NCBI GenBank assembly: GCA_001179505.1
Contig: CDMY01000859.1
Location: 62,001 to 126,000 of the forward strand
Length of the DNA stretch: 64,000 nucleotides
Origin: Vitrella brassicaformis CCMP3155
Lineage: Eukaryota; Protista; Chromerida
Reading direction: 5' to 3'
Shown here: positions 38,758 to 50,270 of the stretch, in pieces
Position numbering within the stretch: position 1 is the first letter of the stretch
How the letters are laid out: each line of letters opens with the position of its first letter
Notes under the pieces: model-generated
Database searches by the model: none
Told to the model about the DNA's origin: nothing
The model's input: the letters and a program-made list of their open reading frames with translations, nothing else
Position numbers and translations under genes: made by a program

Positions 38758-38857
38758 CCGATCTTGCCGATCCCCTGGTAGCTTTGGTCTTATTTGGGAG
38801 GGGGCTTCCGATCTTGCCGATCCCCTGGTAGCTTTGGTCTTATTTGGGAGGGGGCTT
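38758..38857. repeat. Perfect 50-bp tandem duplication
   Basis: CCGATCTTGCCGATCCCCTGGTAGCTTTGGTCTTATTTGGGAGGGGGCTT occurs twice (38758-38807, 38808-38857). Confidence 0.97.
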
Positions 38858-41070
38858 CTCGAATCCGTCGTTCTGGACGACACGCACATATTCATTCATT
38901 TATATGGATGGATGGATGAATGGCTGTCTCTTCGCGTACCCAGACGGACTTCTGGTCGTTTCGGGGGAAGTTGGGCACGTTCTGGGTGAGTTTGCGGAAC
39001 CACCGCCCGCCGCCGCCTTGCGCTTCGCCATGGCGGCTGCCAACCAACAGCAAACACACACAGCAGGTGTGACGCAAGAAAATTTGTGTGTGAGTGCTTG
39101 TTTGATCGTGCGTACGAGTTGGCTTGGTGAATTTGGACGTCGAAGTCGAAGTCGAGCCCGAGCCGCCCGCGAGCAGCGCCTGGGCGAGCTGAGAAAAGAC
39201 ACAAGCACAGAGGCAGACACGTGTGGGAGACGATGTATGTCGATTCATCTCATGGATGGTGGAGTCGTCTTGGGCGACACAGCCAACACCGACTGCGGCG
39301 CATCACCACTAGCACCTGCAAAGATATACGAGACTCACACGACAAACCAGCAGACACAGTGTGTGTTGTATTCATTCTTGTGTGTGTGGGGCATGTGTGT
39401 GTGTGTGTGTGTCCGTACTCGACAACGGCATCACGTCTCCGAGCTTTGAGACCGACACGGGCAGCTTGGACGACGGGCTCGAACTGGCACCAGCAGAACC
39501 ACCAACACACACCTGACACACAGCACACAACACAGCACAGCACCAGAGACAGATGGATGTGTACACGCAACCAGAAAGGACCCCGGAGATCCGTGTGCTG
39601 TGTTGTGTCTTGTCTTGTGTGTGGCGTACTGTACCTGGCTGGCAGACGGTCCCTGCAACACGGGCATCTTGGACACCGGGGCGGCCCCAGCGACTCCAAC
39701 ACCAACATCAACACCCTTAGACATGGCCGCACCCATTGCAGCCTGACCCACACGGCCCGACACACCCATTGCGACACACAACAGCACTGCCGGCAATTAC
39801 GTGTGTGTGCGCACTACCTGGAGATTTTTGGTATCGTGTACCTTGAGCTGAGTGCCACCACCCACACCGACACCGACACCGACAACGGCACCGCCACCAC
39901 CTGCATTCATTCATTCATTAGTCAGTGAATGCAATGTTTGTCTGTCCAGTGTGGTGTGGCAACCTTGCCCTGCCTTTCTATGTCTGCGTACATACCGTCA
40001 GTGCGGGGGTTGAGTACAGGTGACGGCACCGTCGTCTCGGAGACTCTCTCAACCACAGCCCCGTCACCTACGGCGTGCACCGGGCCACCCGCACCGCTAG
40101 CAGCCCCGTCCTGAACCACACACACAGACACACAGACACACCGTCTCTGTGTTAGTTGGTTGGTTGGTTGTGTCGTGTGTGTCATGAGGGCATGCGCTTG
40201 TCTGTCTGTCTGTCTGTCTGTCTGTTCCATCCATCCATCCATCCATGACCTTGAGTATTTTGCCGGATTTGTTCAAGCACTGGGCAGGTTCTCGCAAGCG
40301 CCAACGTGTTGTGCACCGACCTACGTGTAGCCGCCAGATGTTTTTTCAGTGGTCGAAATGCGGCCATCCATCACACACAAAGCAGAGGAAAATGGCGATC
40401 AAACCAACCACAGATCTCCCAAAATCTTCCTACCGTCTTGAGGTACGCGTAGCCGCCATGGTTGCCATTGAAGTTAGCCGTGTTTGGCGCCATGGCCCTG
40501 CAGTAGTGAAGGGCACGGCGTCGACAATTGACGCGCTTGCCTGCCAGTACGTAGCCGCCATACGCACCACGAAAGGCCCTCCATATCCACCAGACCCCAT
40601 ACGAGCCTGCTGCCTTTGCATACATCACACACACAACCAACAGACAAACACGGTGACGGTGAGCGGCTGGTGCGTCAGTTGTCTGTCTCTCCTCTCTGCT
40701 GTGCTGTATGCCTGCCTGTCTGTCTGTCTGTCTGTCTACGTACATGGGGCGCCGTATGGTGGCTGTTGCTCGTGCTGCTTCCGCTGCTCGACAGCTGGTC
40801 AGCCACCTCGACAGCTTGGTCACTGAAGTAATCAATGACGCGAGCGAAAGTGATGGAATATGAGACTTCGAGATATAAAATGTAGGCAACGATCTGCAGA
40901 CACACCAATTTGACGCCGGCCATGAGGGGCGTCGACATACATGACATCGCTTGTGCACCATCTTGGCCCTTCTGTCTACAGCAGCGTGAAGACCTCTACC
41001 TCGTTCGTAAGAAACTCATTTATCTGGCACCCCCCGGCCCCGGCTTCCGCTGCTGTCGTCTCCTCCCATC

Positions 41071-41830
41071 TCACCCGCACACAGCACCGTCCATCCGTCG
41101 CTTCCTGCACCTGCCCCACAAGGGCGGGCGTCCACAGCCCCAGCCACTCCCGAATTGGCCGCGACCGACCGGCCCACTCTCAGCTTGGCCGCCCATTGAC
41201 ATGCCATCGGCCGCTGGCGAGACACTGACACACTGGGGTGTGACGGCCGGGGATTGGAAGATGGGGTGGGAGGGGCCAGGTGCCTTGAAGACCAGGGCGT
41301 CTACCGTGAAGTGGTGGTCGGTGGCCGCGTGAGAGTGTGGAAGTAGGGGCGGCTGGATGCTGTCGTCGATGAAGCAGCCGTGCATGCCTCCATTGCTCCG
41401 GGTGAGGAACAGCAGGCAGCTCGCATCGCCCAAGCGGGTGAGCATGTCGGTGAACTCGAAGCCGTCCACCGTAGCCCTGCAGCCAGCCGCCCACACAAAG
41501 CAGCAGGTGACAGACTCCTCTCCATCCGTTGCCTCCTTACTTGTAAAGCAGCCGGGTGCCTGTGATTTGTTTGCCCGTCTGCTGCAGTATGCCCACCCAC
41601 TCAGCCAGGCAGCCGACGGGGACGTATCCAAATGTTGTGGGTGGCTTCATCAATGTGTGTACAGCCCCTGAGGACAAGACAAGTGGATCCATACCCATAC
41701 ATCCACACTCCCCCACACACATGTGTACGCATCGATCGGCCGCGAGAGCACCTTTTGCTCTCTTGTGCGCGGGGAGGGGGGGGGAGAGCTTGATAAAGTA
41801 ATATGAGTGAGGGGATCTGTATGCGTGCGT
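41071..41830 (-). pseudogene. Degenerate TLDc-like domain fragment
   Basis: LILLYQA (~41800) followed by DGFEFTDMLTRLGDASCLLFLTRSNGGMHGCFIDDSI, resembling the TLDc LLYxxxxDGF...L.LV...GCF pattern. The frames do not join cleanly. Confidence 0.5.
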
Positions 41831-43205
41831 CGGGGGTGCTGCAGCAGACAAACACGGGCCATGAATGACTTCATCTGCGATGAGATGTGACGGGTAGGGT
41901 ATGCACTCACTCGCCGGTGGTGTAGAGGGTAGGTCCTGGGGTCGGACGGGGCGGCCAATGGTGAGCGTCTACTGCACGTCGGCTTCGTTGAGCGTATTTG
42001 TGTTATCTAAAAAGCAAAAGCAAGAAAGACGCCCTAAGTTGACGGGCATGACGATGGTATATGTATTATCCTCTCCTTTCTTCCAAGAGTATGTATTATC
42101 CTCTCCTCGGGCACCATACATAGCGCCACCGCGGCCTCGTTATGAGGGCCATTATCAATGGTTCCCTGACACACACCGACACGAGAACACACGTGGACGG
42201 ATGCAGTTGTTGCCTTTGGTGGCCTGTCCGTGTCCGCAAAAGCTGCGTGTCCTGAGGTGCAGCAGGGCATCTGCTTGGTCGATGAAGCGTGTGGGAGAGC
42301 GGCGTGGACACAAACTTCCTGTCTGTGTGTGACTGGATGAACCACGCACAGAGGACAAGGACCGACACATGTGCTGGGGGCCGGGTGGGGTGGGGTGGGG
42401 GGAGTGTGTGTGAGCGTGTACACACCTTGATGAGTCGTGGGTCGACGTCGCTCTGCGGGTCAGCTGTTGAAAGGCGGGCGGCAACTGGTCAAATGTTGTA
42501 CGGCTGCGCACACACACACCGAGTGCCATACTCTCGTAAGGATGACCAGTTGCCGCACTCGTAAGGCTTACTGTCCTTTCGACGGATGCGGTAATGCGAA
42601 TACGCGGGACCGACTGCGGCTATCTCGAGCTGGGCCGACAAGGCAGTGAAAACGGAATGTAGAGGGAAGAGGCCGCCGGATATAAAATGTAGGCAACAAT
42701 CTGAAGACACACATACATTATCAAGACCATGTCTCCGTACGGCAATCTTCTACTGTGTCTCTTTCCATCTCACCTCTGTCGTCACACAGCAGCAGGTGGG
42801 CAGGAGGGTGGCGAGCTTGAGCTGCTCGAGCGCGGCGAAGAGGGGGTCCTCGATGGTATTGAAGTCGGTGTGGCCCTAGATGGCCCAATCTGGCCAGCCA
42901 CCTCGACAGCTTGGTCACTGAAGTGGTCAAGGACGCGAGCGAAGGTGGTGGAATATGAGACTTCGAGATATAAAATGTAGACAACGATCTGCAGACACAC
43001 CAAGCACATCACAAACATGTCTCGTCATGTCTCCTTCTCGGCTGCATTCCCACTGCACATGGCGAGCAACCAAAGAGGCCGTCCTTCGACGTCCTTGAGG
43101 GGATGGCGGGGGAGATGTGCTGTGAGTGTATGCGCTGGTGCTGGTGTGGGTGTGTGTGGCGAGGCTGGGGGCGGCAGGAGGCCCCTAAAGAACGGACCAA
43201 CGCAA

Positions 43206-43445
43206 CTCTCTGCTCGCTCCGCTATCTATCAGTGGCATGCGCCTGCCTGTGCCTCTCTCCCCTATCTGTCTCTCTGCTCGCTCCGCTATCTGTCTCTCTG
43301 CTCGCTCCGCTATCTGTCTCTCTGCTCGCTCCGCTATCTGTCTCTCTGCTCGCTCCGCGCTCGCTCCCCTATCTGTCTCTCTGCTCGCTCCGCTATCTAT
43401 CAGTGGCATGCGCCTGCCTGTGCCTCTCTCCCCTATCTGTCTCTC
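43206..43445. repeat. Compound 24-bp minisatellite
   Basis: The unit TCTCTGCTCGCTCCGCTATCTGTC is repeated in tandem and bracketed by two copies of a longer block containing CTATCAGTGGCATGCGCCTGCCTGTGCC. Confidence 0.95.
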
Positions 43446-43488
43446 TCCCTGTCCGCCATTCCCCCCCCTCCCTCCTCCTCCCTCCTCC

Positions 43489-44775
43489 TCATTGGCCGAA
43501 CAGCCCTGCGATGGCGTTGGCGATGCCCTTGCCGACCCTCTCGGCGCCCTCCTTGAGGTCGGTGAGTGCCGCCCAGCTCCGCATGACGAGGTCCTGGTGG
43601 GCCGAGCGCACCTCCCAGAGACCCGGGTAGGCAACGCTCGGCTGCCATCCATCCATCCATCCATTGAGCACCCAGCCCTCGCGAACGTGGTGGCCGCCCA
43701 CGCTCACGTACTTGACGCCCCCGGCTGGTAGGGCACGTTGTGCGCCGGGATGCGGGTGCCGCGCGTGTCCTTGACAAAGGGCAGCGGGGATGGCAGCGAT
43801 GGGGTGTGTGCGGGTGGGGTAGGCGTTGGGGCAGGTGGTGGTGCTGCGTCGCCGTGCTGGTCCTCGTCCTCGTCAACCACGTCGATGACATCATCGACGT
43901 CGCCAGACGGCTGTTCAGGGGCAAGGGGTGCGGATGGCTGCAGGGCCATGGCAGTGCGCGCGGGGCTGGCGTGTGGCCGTTGTGGGAAGGGGTCCTCAGG
44001 CACGTCGTCGGGCTCTGTGGTGCTGTCCTGCTCGAATGTGGCTGCGGCTGTGTCTGTATGATGGGGCTGGCTGGGGCTGCGGCTGACACAGGGCTCCTCG
44101 GGCACCGCCACGACTGCGACCGCCTCCATCTCCTTCCCCTGGTGCTGCGGCTGTGGGTGGACTGTCGTCTCGTCCTCCTCTCTCTCCCCCTCCTCTCGGT
44201 GATGGCCATGGGCGATGTGTGGTGGCTGTGGTGGCTGTGCTGCTGCGGCTGGGTGGTCCTGCTGGGTGCGGCGGGTGCTTGGCTCGAGAAGCTGGAGGGC
44301 GGGGGCCTCCAGCTTGTGCAGCTGCTCAAACAGCCTGGTCTCGACTTCCTTGAGTGTGCCGCGGTGCTCCTCGTGGAAGTTGGTCCCCTTGGCAGCTATG
44401 GCGCACATGCCGTCCCGCCACTTCTTGGCGAAGTCGAGGCCGGGGGTGTCGATGATCTCGTCGAGGGGGCTGTCGGGGGTGCCGTCAAGCTTGATGGGGT
44501 GACCATCATCTTCGATGAAGTCCTCTCTCCCCGTGCCCGACACCTTGCCCGACACCGCCCGCATCTCCTTCTCGCTCTCAACCAAGGGGTGCTGCTCTGC
44601 GCCGGCCGTGAGGGGCCTCATGATGGTGCGGCCGCGCGTCGCTACCGAGTGCACCAGCAGCAGGCCCGCGGCATGGACGGTAGCCGGCTACCCAGCCAGA
44701 TGGCCTCGTTCTGGCCCTTGCCCACCAGCACACCCCTCTGCCGCAGACCAGCACGCACCTCTGCCCTGGCTCTGT
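43489..44775 (-). pseudogene. Kinase paralog 4: C-lobe and tail only, with two frameshifts
   Basis: RARAEVRAGLRQRGVLVGKGQNEAIWLG matches paralog 2 (RAKARNQLRARGLLVGKGEQEGVWVG). A 1-nt loss at ~44690 shifts into HSVATRGR; a second at ~43712 precedes VSVGGHHV...WQPSVAYPGLWEVRSAHQDL. No N-lobe was seen upstream. Confidence 0.85.
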
Positions 44776-44879
44776 ACAGGGCCGCAAATTGGGGGGAGCA
44801 CTGGGCCAGCACACTGGGCATGCACTCATTCCTTCCTTCATTCATTTCAGTCTGTGTGCACTCACCTGCATTTGCCGAG

Positions 44880-47290
44880 ACACCTCATCTCTTCAAATGG
44901 GGATATTGAGGTGGCGGCACTCCTCGCGCACACCCTACAGGAACACAAACAAGTTTCCCTGCGTCCAACGTGCATGCCCAATTACTTACCAGCTCATCGT
45001 ATTCCCGCCGCCTCTCCTCGTCCATGAGGAATGGCCCCGGCCTCCTGGACGTACCCAAACATGTAGCCGTCCTTCAAGAAACCCCTATCAGGATGCGCCT
45101 GCATCGAATGCAATCAATGACAGCACACCCATTGCAACACACCGAGCGATGCACACGCACGGCGCCATCCGCGTCACATCATCCCTCCAGCCATGCGCCC
45201 CTCCGCTTACCCAGAAACGTGATTTCTTGTACGCCGCCTTGTACTACCAATGTGCGCCAGTACCAGTATGGCGCACATTTGTAGTCACTGGTACTGGATG
45301 TTCCCCCAGGTGGCGCCGTAGGCGGTCCCCGTGCCCTGTGTCGCGGATCTCCTCGTCGTCCTGCATTCAGTCAACAGCCATCCGCACACACACACAAACA
45401 CACACACACATAGACAGTGTGGGTGGTGGTGCACTGCACGCCCTCTCTCCCCCCCTCTCTGCTCTCTGCTCTCTGTCTGTGGTGTGGGTGTGGGTGTGTG
45501 GGTCAGGGGGGAGGGGGCCTTTCTGCCTCACGCACGTTGTCCGGCACGCCGCTCGAGTTGGGCGGGGCTGCAGCCACGCATCCACACAGAGAGAGAGAGG
45601 TGACAGTGGGTGGGTGTACATGGACGTTTTCTCTCTCTGTGCACTGACTGAATGTGTGTCTGCGTATCGGCCTGCAGGCATGAGATGTATACCATCACGG
45701 AACGACACAACCAGCACCGCACAGACACGCAGACACACAGACAAACAGATGGGCAATTAAATGAGTGAGATGTGTATGCGGGTCTTGCACCCCTCCCCCT
45801 CTCTCTCTCTCTCTCTCTGTATGTGTGTGTGTGTGTGTGTGTGGGTGTGTGTACCGTGTTGTTGCCACGGCCGCCGCCCCGCCCAGCAGCCGACACGCCT
45901 CGGCCGCCGCCCCACCCAGCAGCAGCAGACAAAGACAGACAGACAGACATGTGGAGAAGAATGTGTGTGTAGTGCGTATGTGTACGGGTGTGTGCGTCAT
46001 ATATTCCTTCACTGATTTGAGGCAGTCTGTCTGAACTTACCGGCAAGTCCTCGATGACCTCTCTCCGCCACAAGTAGGTGGCCTTGTGGCGGTATGTTCT
46101 TCTCACACACGCCCTGCAGGCAGGACGGATGCATCAATCACGAGCCACACAGCATACGCACACACAGACCAAAGAGGGGAATGGACATCCCGTGCGTCAC
46201 CCTCCTTTTTTTTGTGTGATAAACTATCGACCCACGTGCATTGCATGCCCCACTTTCTCACCAGCTCCTCGTCATATTCCCGCCGCCTCTCCTCCCCGGC
46301 GGCTCTCATGTCGAAGTGCTTCTGTAAATCGGACAGCTGCAGACGCACCCACACACGAACACACGGATGAATGTGCATCAGACGCACCTGGTTGGTCGTG
46401 GGGTCTTCTCTTGCTCTGTGGGTCCATAGTCGTCGGGCACCTTGCCCAACAGACGTCTCAGCCTCGATGGCCGCCGAAGCGGCCAAATATGCGTTACACA
46501 ACAAACAGACGAGAAGAGACACGATGAAATAAATGCCTGTAGCGTCTTCCCCTCTCCCTCAATTACGTACCTGGCTGGCCGCCGGGAGACGTGGACCAAG
46601 TAGGTAGGACGGCGATCCATCTGTAGACACAGACACGAGACACGACACGGGACTTGATCAGTACAATAGTATATTTCGACAGCTCACGTACCATTTGCAG
46701 ATCATTTTGGGCAAGGCAGTGCGATCGAATGGCCGTCATCGGTCGGTCAAATATAAAATGTAGCCAGCGATCTACACACCACCCAGCCACAGAAAAGAGA
46801 ACACCAGAGATTTATTCCTTGTTGCCTCGATGACTTCTCTCCGCCACAAGAAGGTGACCTTCTGGCGTCCTCCTCACACACGCCCTGCAGTCAATCACGA
46901 GCCACATGGACACGGTCGTGTACTTAACTAACTAACGACCCACGTGCATGGCCCACTTACTTACCGGCCCCTCGTCGTACTCCCGGCGCCTCTCGTCGTC
47001 CAGAAGGACATCCCTGGCCTGCTTGACGTAGTCAAACATGTAGCCGTCCTTCACAAACCCCTATCAGGATGCGCCTGCATCGAATCCCATTAATGACAGC
47101 ACACCCATTGCAGTGCAACACACCCATGCACACGCATCCGCACGTCACATCATCCCTCCAGCATGCAATGCATCGCTCCGCTTACCCAGAAAGCTGCTTT
47201 CTTGTACGCCGCCTTGATCTCCTCCCTACTCGCAAAGGGCGACACGCCCAACACCACATAGTGGCCAAGGATGAAGTGGTCCGTCATGGT
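44880..47290 (-). pseudogene. Tandem degenerate DnaJ (J-domain) gene copies
   Basis: HYVVLGVSPFASREEIKAAYKKAAFW (47187-47290) splices to AHPDRG, then frameshifts into FVKDGYMFDYVKQARDVLLDDERRREYD. A second copy at ~44985-45240 (YKAAYKKSRFW / AHPDRGFLKDGYMFGYVQEA) has a different frameshift. A third EERRREYDEEL exon end lies at ~46260-46330. Confidence 0.8.
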
Positions 47291-47700
47291 GGTGGTGGCG
47301 GCGCTGCGGACTGCTGCTATTTGACGGGCGCAGCGGTCTCGCCGTTGCCGGTGTGTGTCTGCTGCTGTGTGTTGGTCTTTAGTGTGGGTGTGGAGGGTGC
47401 GGCGGCCTCCTTCTTGGTCTGTGGCTGCTTACCGGCCTGCAGGCATGGGATGTATACCGTCACCGAACGACACAACCAGCACCACACACACACACACACA
47501 CACAGATAGACGGGCAATTAAATGAGTGAGATGTGTATGCGGGTCTTGCACCCCTCCCCCTCTCTCTCTCTGTGTGTGTGTGTCTGTGTGTGTGTGTGTG
47601 TCTGTGTGTGTACCGTGTTGTTGCCACGGCCACGGCCGCCGCCCCGCCCAGCAGCAGACGCACCAGACGCAGCAGCAGCAGCAGCAGCACCGCCGCCGCC
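45660..47700. repeat. ~280-bp segmental duplication (~45670-45940 and ~47430-47660)
   Basis: Shared CCTGCAGGCATG...AACGACACAACCAGCACC...GGGCAATTAAATGAGTGAGATGTGTATGCGGGTCTTGCACCCCTCCCCC...TACCGTGTTGTTGCCACGGCC. Confidence 0.9.
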
Positions 47701-47878
47701 GCCGCCACGCCCAGCAGCAGACGCACCGCCACCGCCACCGCCACGGCCACGGCCACCGACCTGAAGGGACCACATCAGCGACCATTGGTGTGGTGTGTTG
47801 GTTTGTCGGTGTGGCTTGGTGTGTTGTGTTGGTTAGTGGGATGTGTGATGAAGTGAGTGGGATGCACCCATAGCGTAC

Positions 47879-48436
47879 ACACGTACCTGACACACACCAC
47901 CCGCACACAACAACAAGACAAGACAAGACAAGACAACACAACACAGTGTGGTCTGTGTGGGTGTGTATGGGTGTGTGTCGTCTCCTTGTCTCTGACCCAC
48001 CCGCGTCACAACGAAGTCAGGCTGAGAGAGGAGCCAGCCATGCAGCCAAACAAGAACACACACAAAGAACGATGTATGTATGTGAGTGCAGAGGTCCTCT
48101 CCTCTCCTCCCCTCCACTTACCTCGAGGTCTAACTCCGGAAACACATTGGTGACACGTACCTGACACACACCACCCGCACACAACAAGAAGACAAGACAA
48201 GACAAGACAACACAACACAGTGTGGTCTGTGTGGGTGTGTATGGGTGTGTGTCGTCTCCTTGTCTCTGACCCACCCGCGTCACAACGAAGTCAGACTGAG
48301 AGAGGAGCCAGCCATGCAGCCAAACAAGAACACACACAAAGAACGATGTATGTATGTGAGTGCAGAGGTCCTCTCCTCTCCTCCCCTCTCCTCCCCTCCA
48401 CTTACCTCGAGGTCTAACTCCGGAAACACATTGGTG
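47879..48436. repeat. Near-perfect ~280-bp tandem duplication (~47879-48153 and ~48154-48436)
   Basis: The unit from CACGTACCTGACACACACCACCCGCAC to CTCGAGGTCTAACTCCGGAAACACATTGGTGA occurs twice, differing mainly in microsatellite length. Confidence 0.95.
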
Positions 48437-50270
48437 AGCACCAGCGCCTTGCGCATCATCAGGGCTATGTGCGAAGGAATCTTCTTCTGCACACGAACGG
48501 ACAAGAAGCCTCAGACAGCCCCCGGCCAATTCATCGTCCGGTGACTTACTCTCACAATCAGCTCGAATGCGATTTTGACCTGCAGCAGCTCTTCCAAGTA
48601 GGTGGCCGTCTGAAAGAAACGACAACGGACCATGCGCATGGTGCAACTCACGCGTGTGGCGTGCCGTTACTCTTACCGTGACGACGTCGCACAGTATTTT
48701 GCAGGTCATACCCTCCAGATATCGCCCACGTCCTGGGGATCATTTTTTCTAAATGCCGTCTGGGCAGAGGGCGTCGCGGTCCAGGGCTCCCCGGGTGGCA
48801 GACGGCGCGGGTGGCAGAGCTCCGAGTAATGAGATCCACAAATATAAAATGTAAACAGCGATCTGACAGACACACGCCATGGAGACAACGCTCTCAGCCA
48901 GTTTTGACTCAGTGTCATTGCTTTTTTTTCACCTTAGTGCTGCGCTCTTCTCGAACGTATTGCGTAGGCGTCTTTCTCGCGCCGCCAGCCGAACCAGCCG
49001 AACAGACAGACTCATCACCTACATTCGAACATACACACAATACAAAAGACAAGAGAGAGGACAACACTGAGTGACCCCGTCTGTCTGTCTGTCTGTCTTT
49101 CTGTGGTCGGGGTGGCAGTGTGTTGTGTGTGGTGAGCTGCGCTGGCTGAACGGACTGCACGTACGGACACACACGTACCTGACACAACACGACACAAGAC
49201 AACACAAGGCAACACAAGACAAGACGGTCGTCATTGTATGTAAGGGTCTGTGTGTATGGGGGTGTGGCGTGGCCGCGTACCTGACGGTTCGTGAGCGGGT
49301 TCGGGTAGTTCTGAGGGATGGTGGGGTTGCGCTCCTGAACAGCGTCCGCCTGAGAAGCCCGTGACAACCACACATTCGACCGACTTGTCGTACCCATCCA
49401 TCCATCCATCCATCTCTCACCCCGTCAGCAGGGAGCACGGTGAACTCGCCCTGGCAAAGCAACCACATACATAGCACAAGGAAGAAAGGAGGAAATGCGA
49501 TAAGTAAGGTCTTCTCCCTTTCTCCCTCCCTTCCTCCCTCCCTCCCTCCCCCTCTCCCTCCCTCCCGCTCACTTCCAGCCCTAGGTCCTTCAAGACCGGG
49601 TGTAGCTTGGCCAGGCCGACGAAGTTCGTTGTCTGCATACAGGGGAGGGGAGGGGAGGCGTAGTGCGGTGTGGTGTGGTGTGTGGTGTGGTGTGAGAGGC
49701 TCCATGTGGACCCGCCATATCCCACTCACTACATATCGGCCCTGTGTGGTTGGGTGCACGGCAGGCAGGCAGGCAGGCAGGCAGGCAAGGAGGGAGGGAG
49801 GGAGGGAGGCGCCACCAACACACATGACGTGTGACATATGCACACACACACACACACGAACAGGGATCCATCCATCCATCCATTCCATTGCAAATGGTGA
49901 GGTGCTGTTGGTATGCGTGTTGGTTTGCTTACGCTTCCGATCTTCGTGATCTGCAGTTGCTGGTCGTCATTCTGAATCCATCAAGGCCATCAAGGGCAAC
50001 GTGCGTGCAGCATCTCATGGATCTCATCTCGTCGGTCAGAGATCTCAAAACCTTCTGCGACACACGGATGAAGACGTCCTTGTATTGGTCCACTGAGTCT
50101 GACGGCTCATCCTTCCTCCGGATCTGCAGCACCCATCCATCCATCCATCCTTATTGTTGCAGCATCCACGGACGGCTGATGTGTGTGCCCGCTTACCTGA
50201 TGGTTGCGGCCCTTCTTGCCAGCTGGCCCGCTGCCGCCTTGGTCCCCTCGCGCGCCGCTGGCCATGACTC
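47880..50270 (-). pseudogene. Multi-exon hypothetical gene, probably disrupted
   Basis: Spliceable exons MASGARGDQGGSGPAGKKGRNHQ / IRRKDEPSDSVDQYKDVF / ... / IAVYILYLWI (two in-frame stops) / TATYLEELLQVKIAFELIVR / KKIPSHIALMMRKALVLTNVFPELDLE. No recognised domain. Confidence 0.35.

Noticed and set aside
39922-40115. GGPVHAVG peptide recalling the N-terminus of BTB/TLDc-type proteins
   Set aside because: Too short to support, and it lies downstream of the TLDc fragment rather than before it.
43206-43445. CRISPR-like array (24-bp repeats)
   Set aside because: Units are head-to-tail with no unique spacers, there are no cas genes, and the context is eukaryotic.
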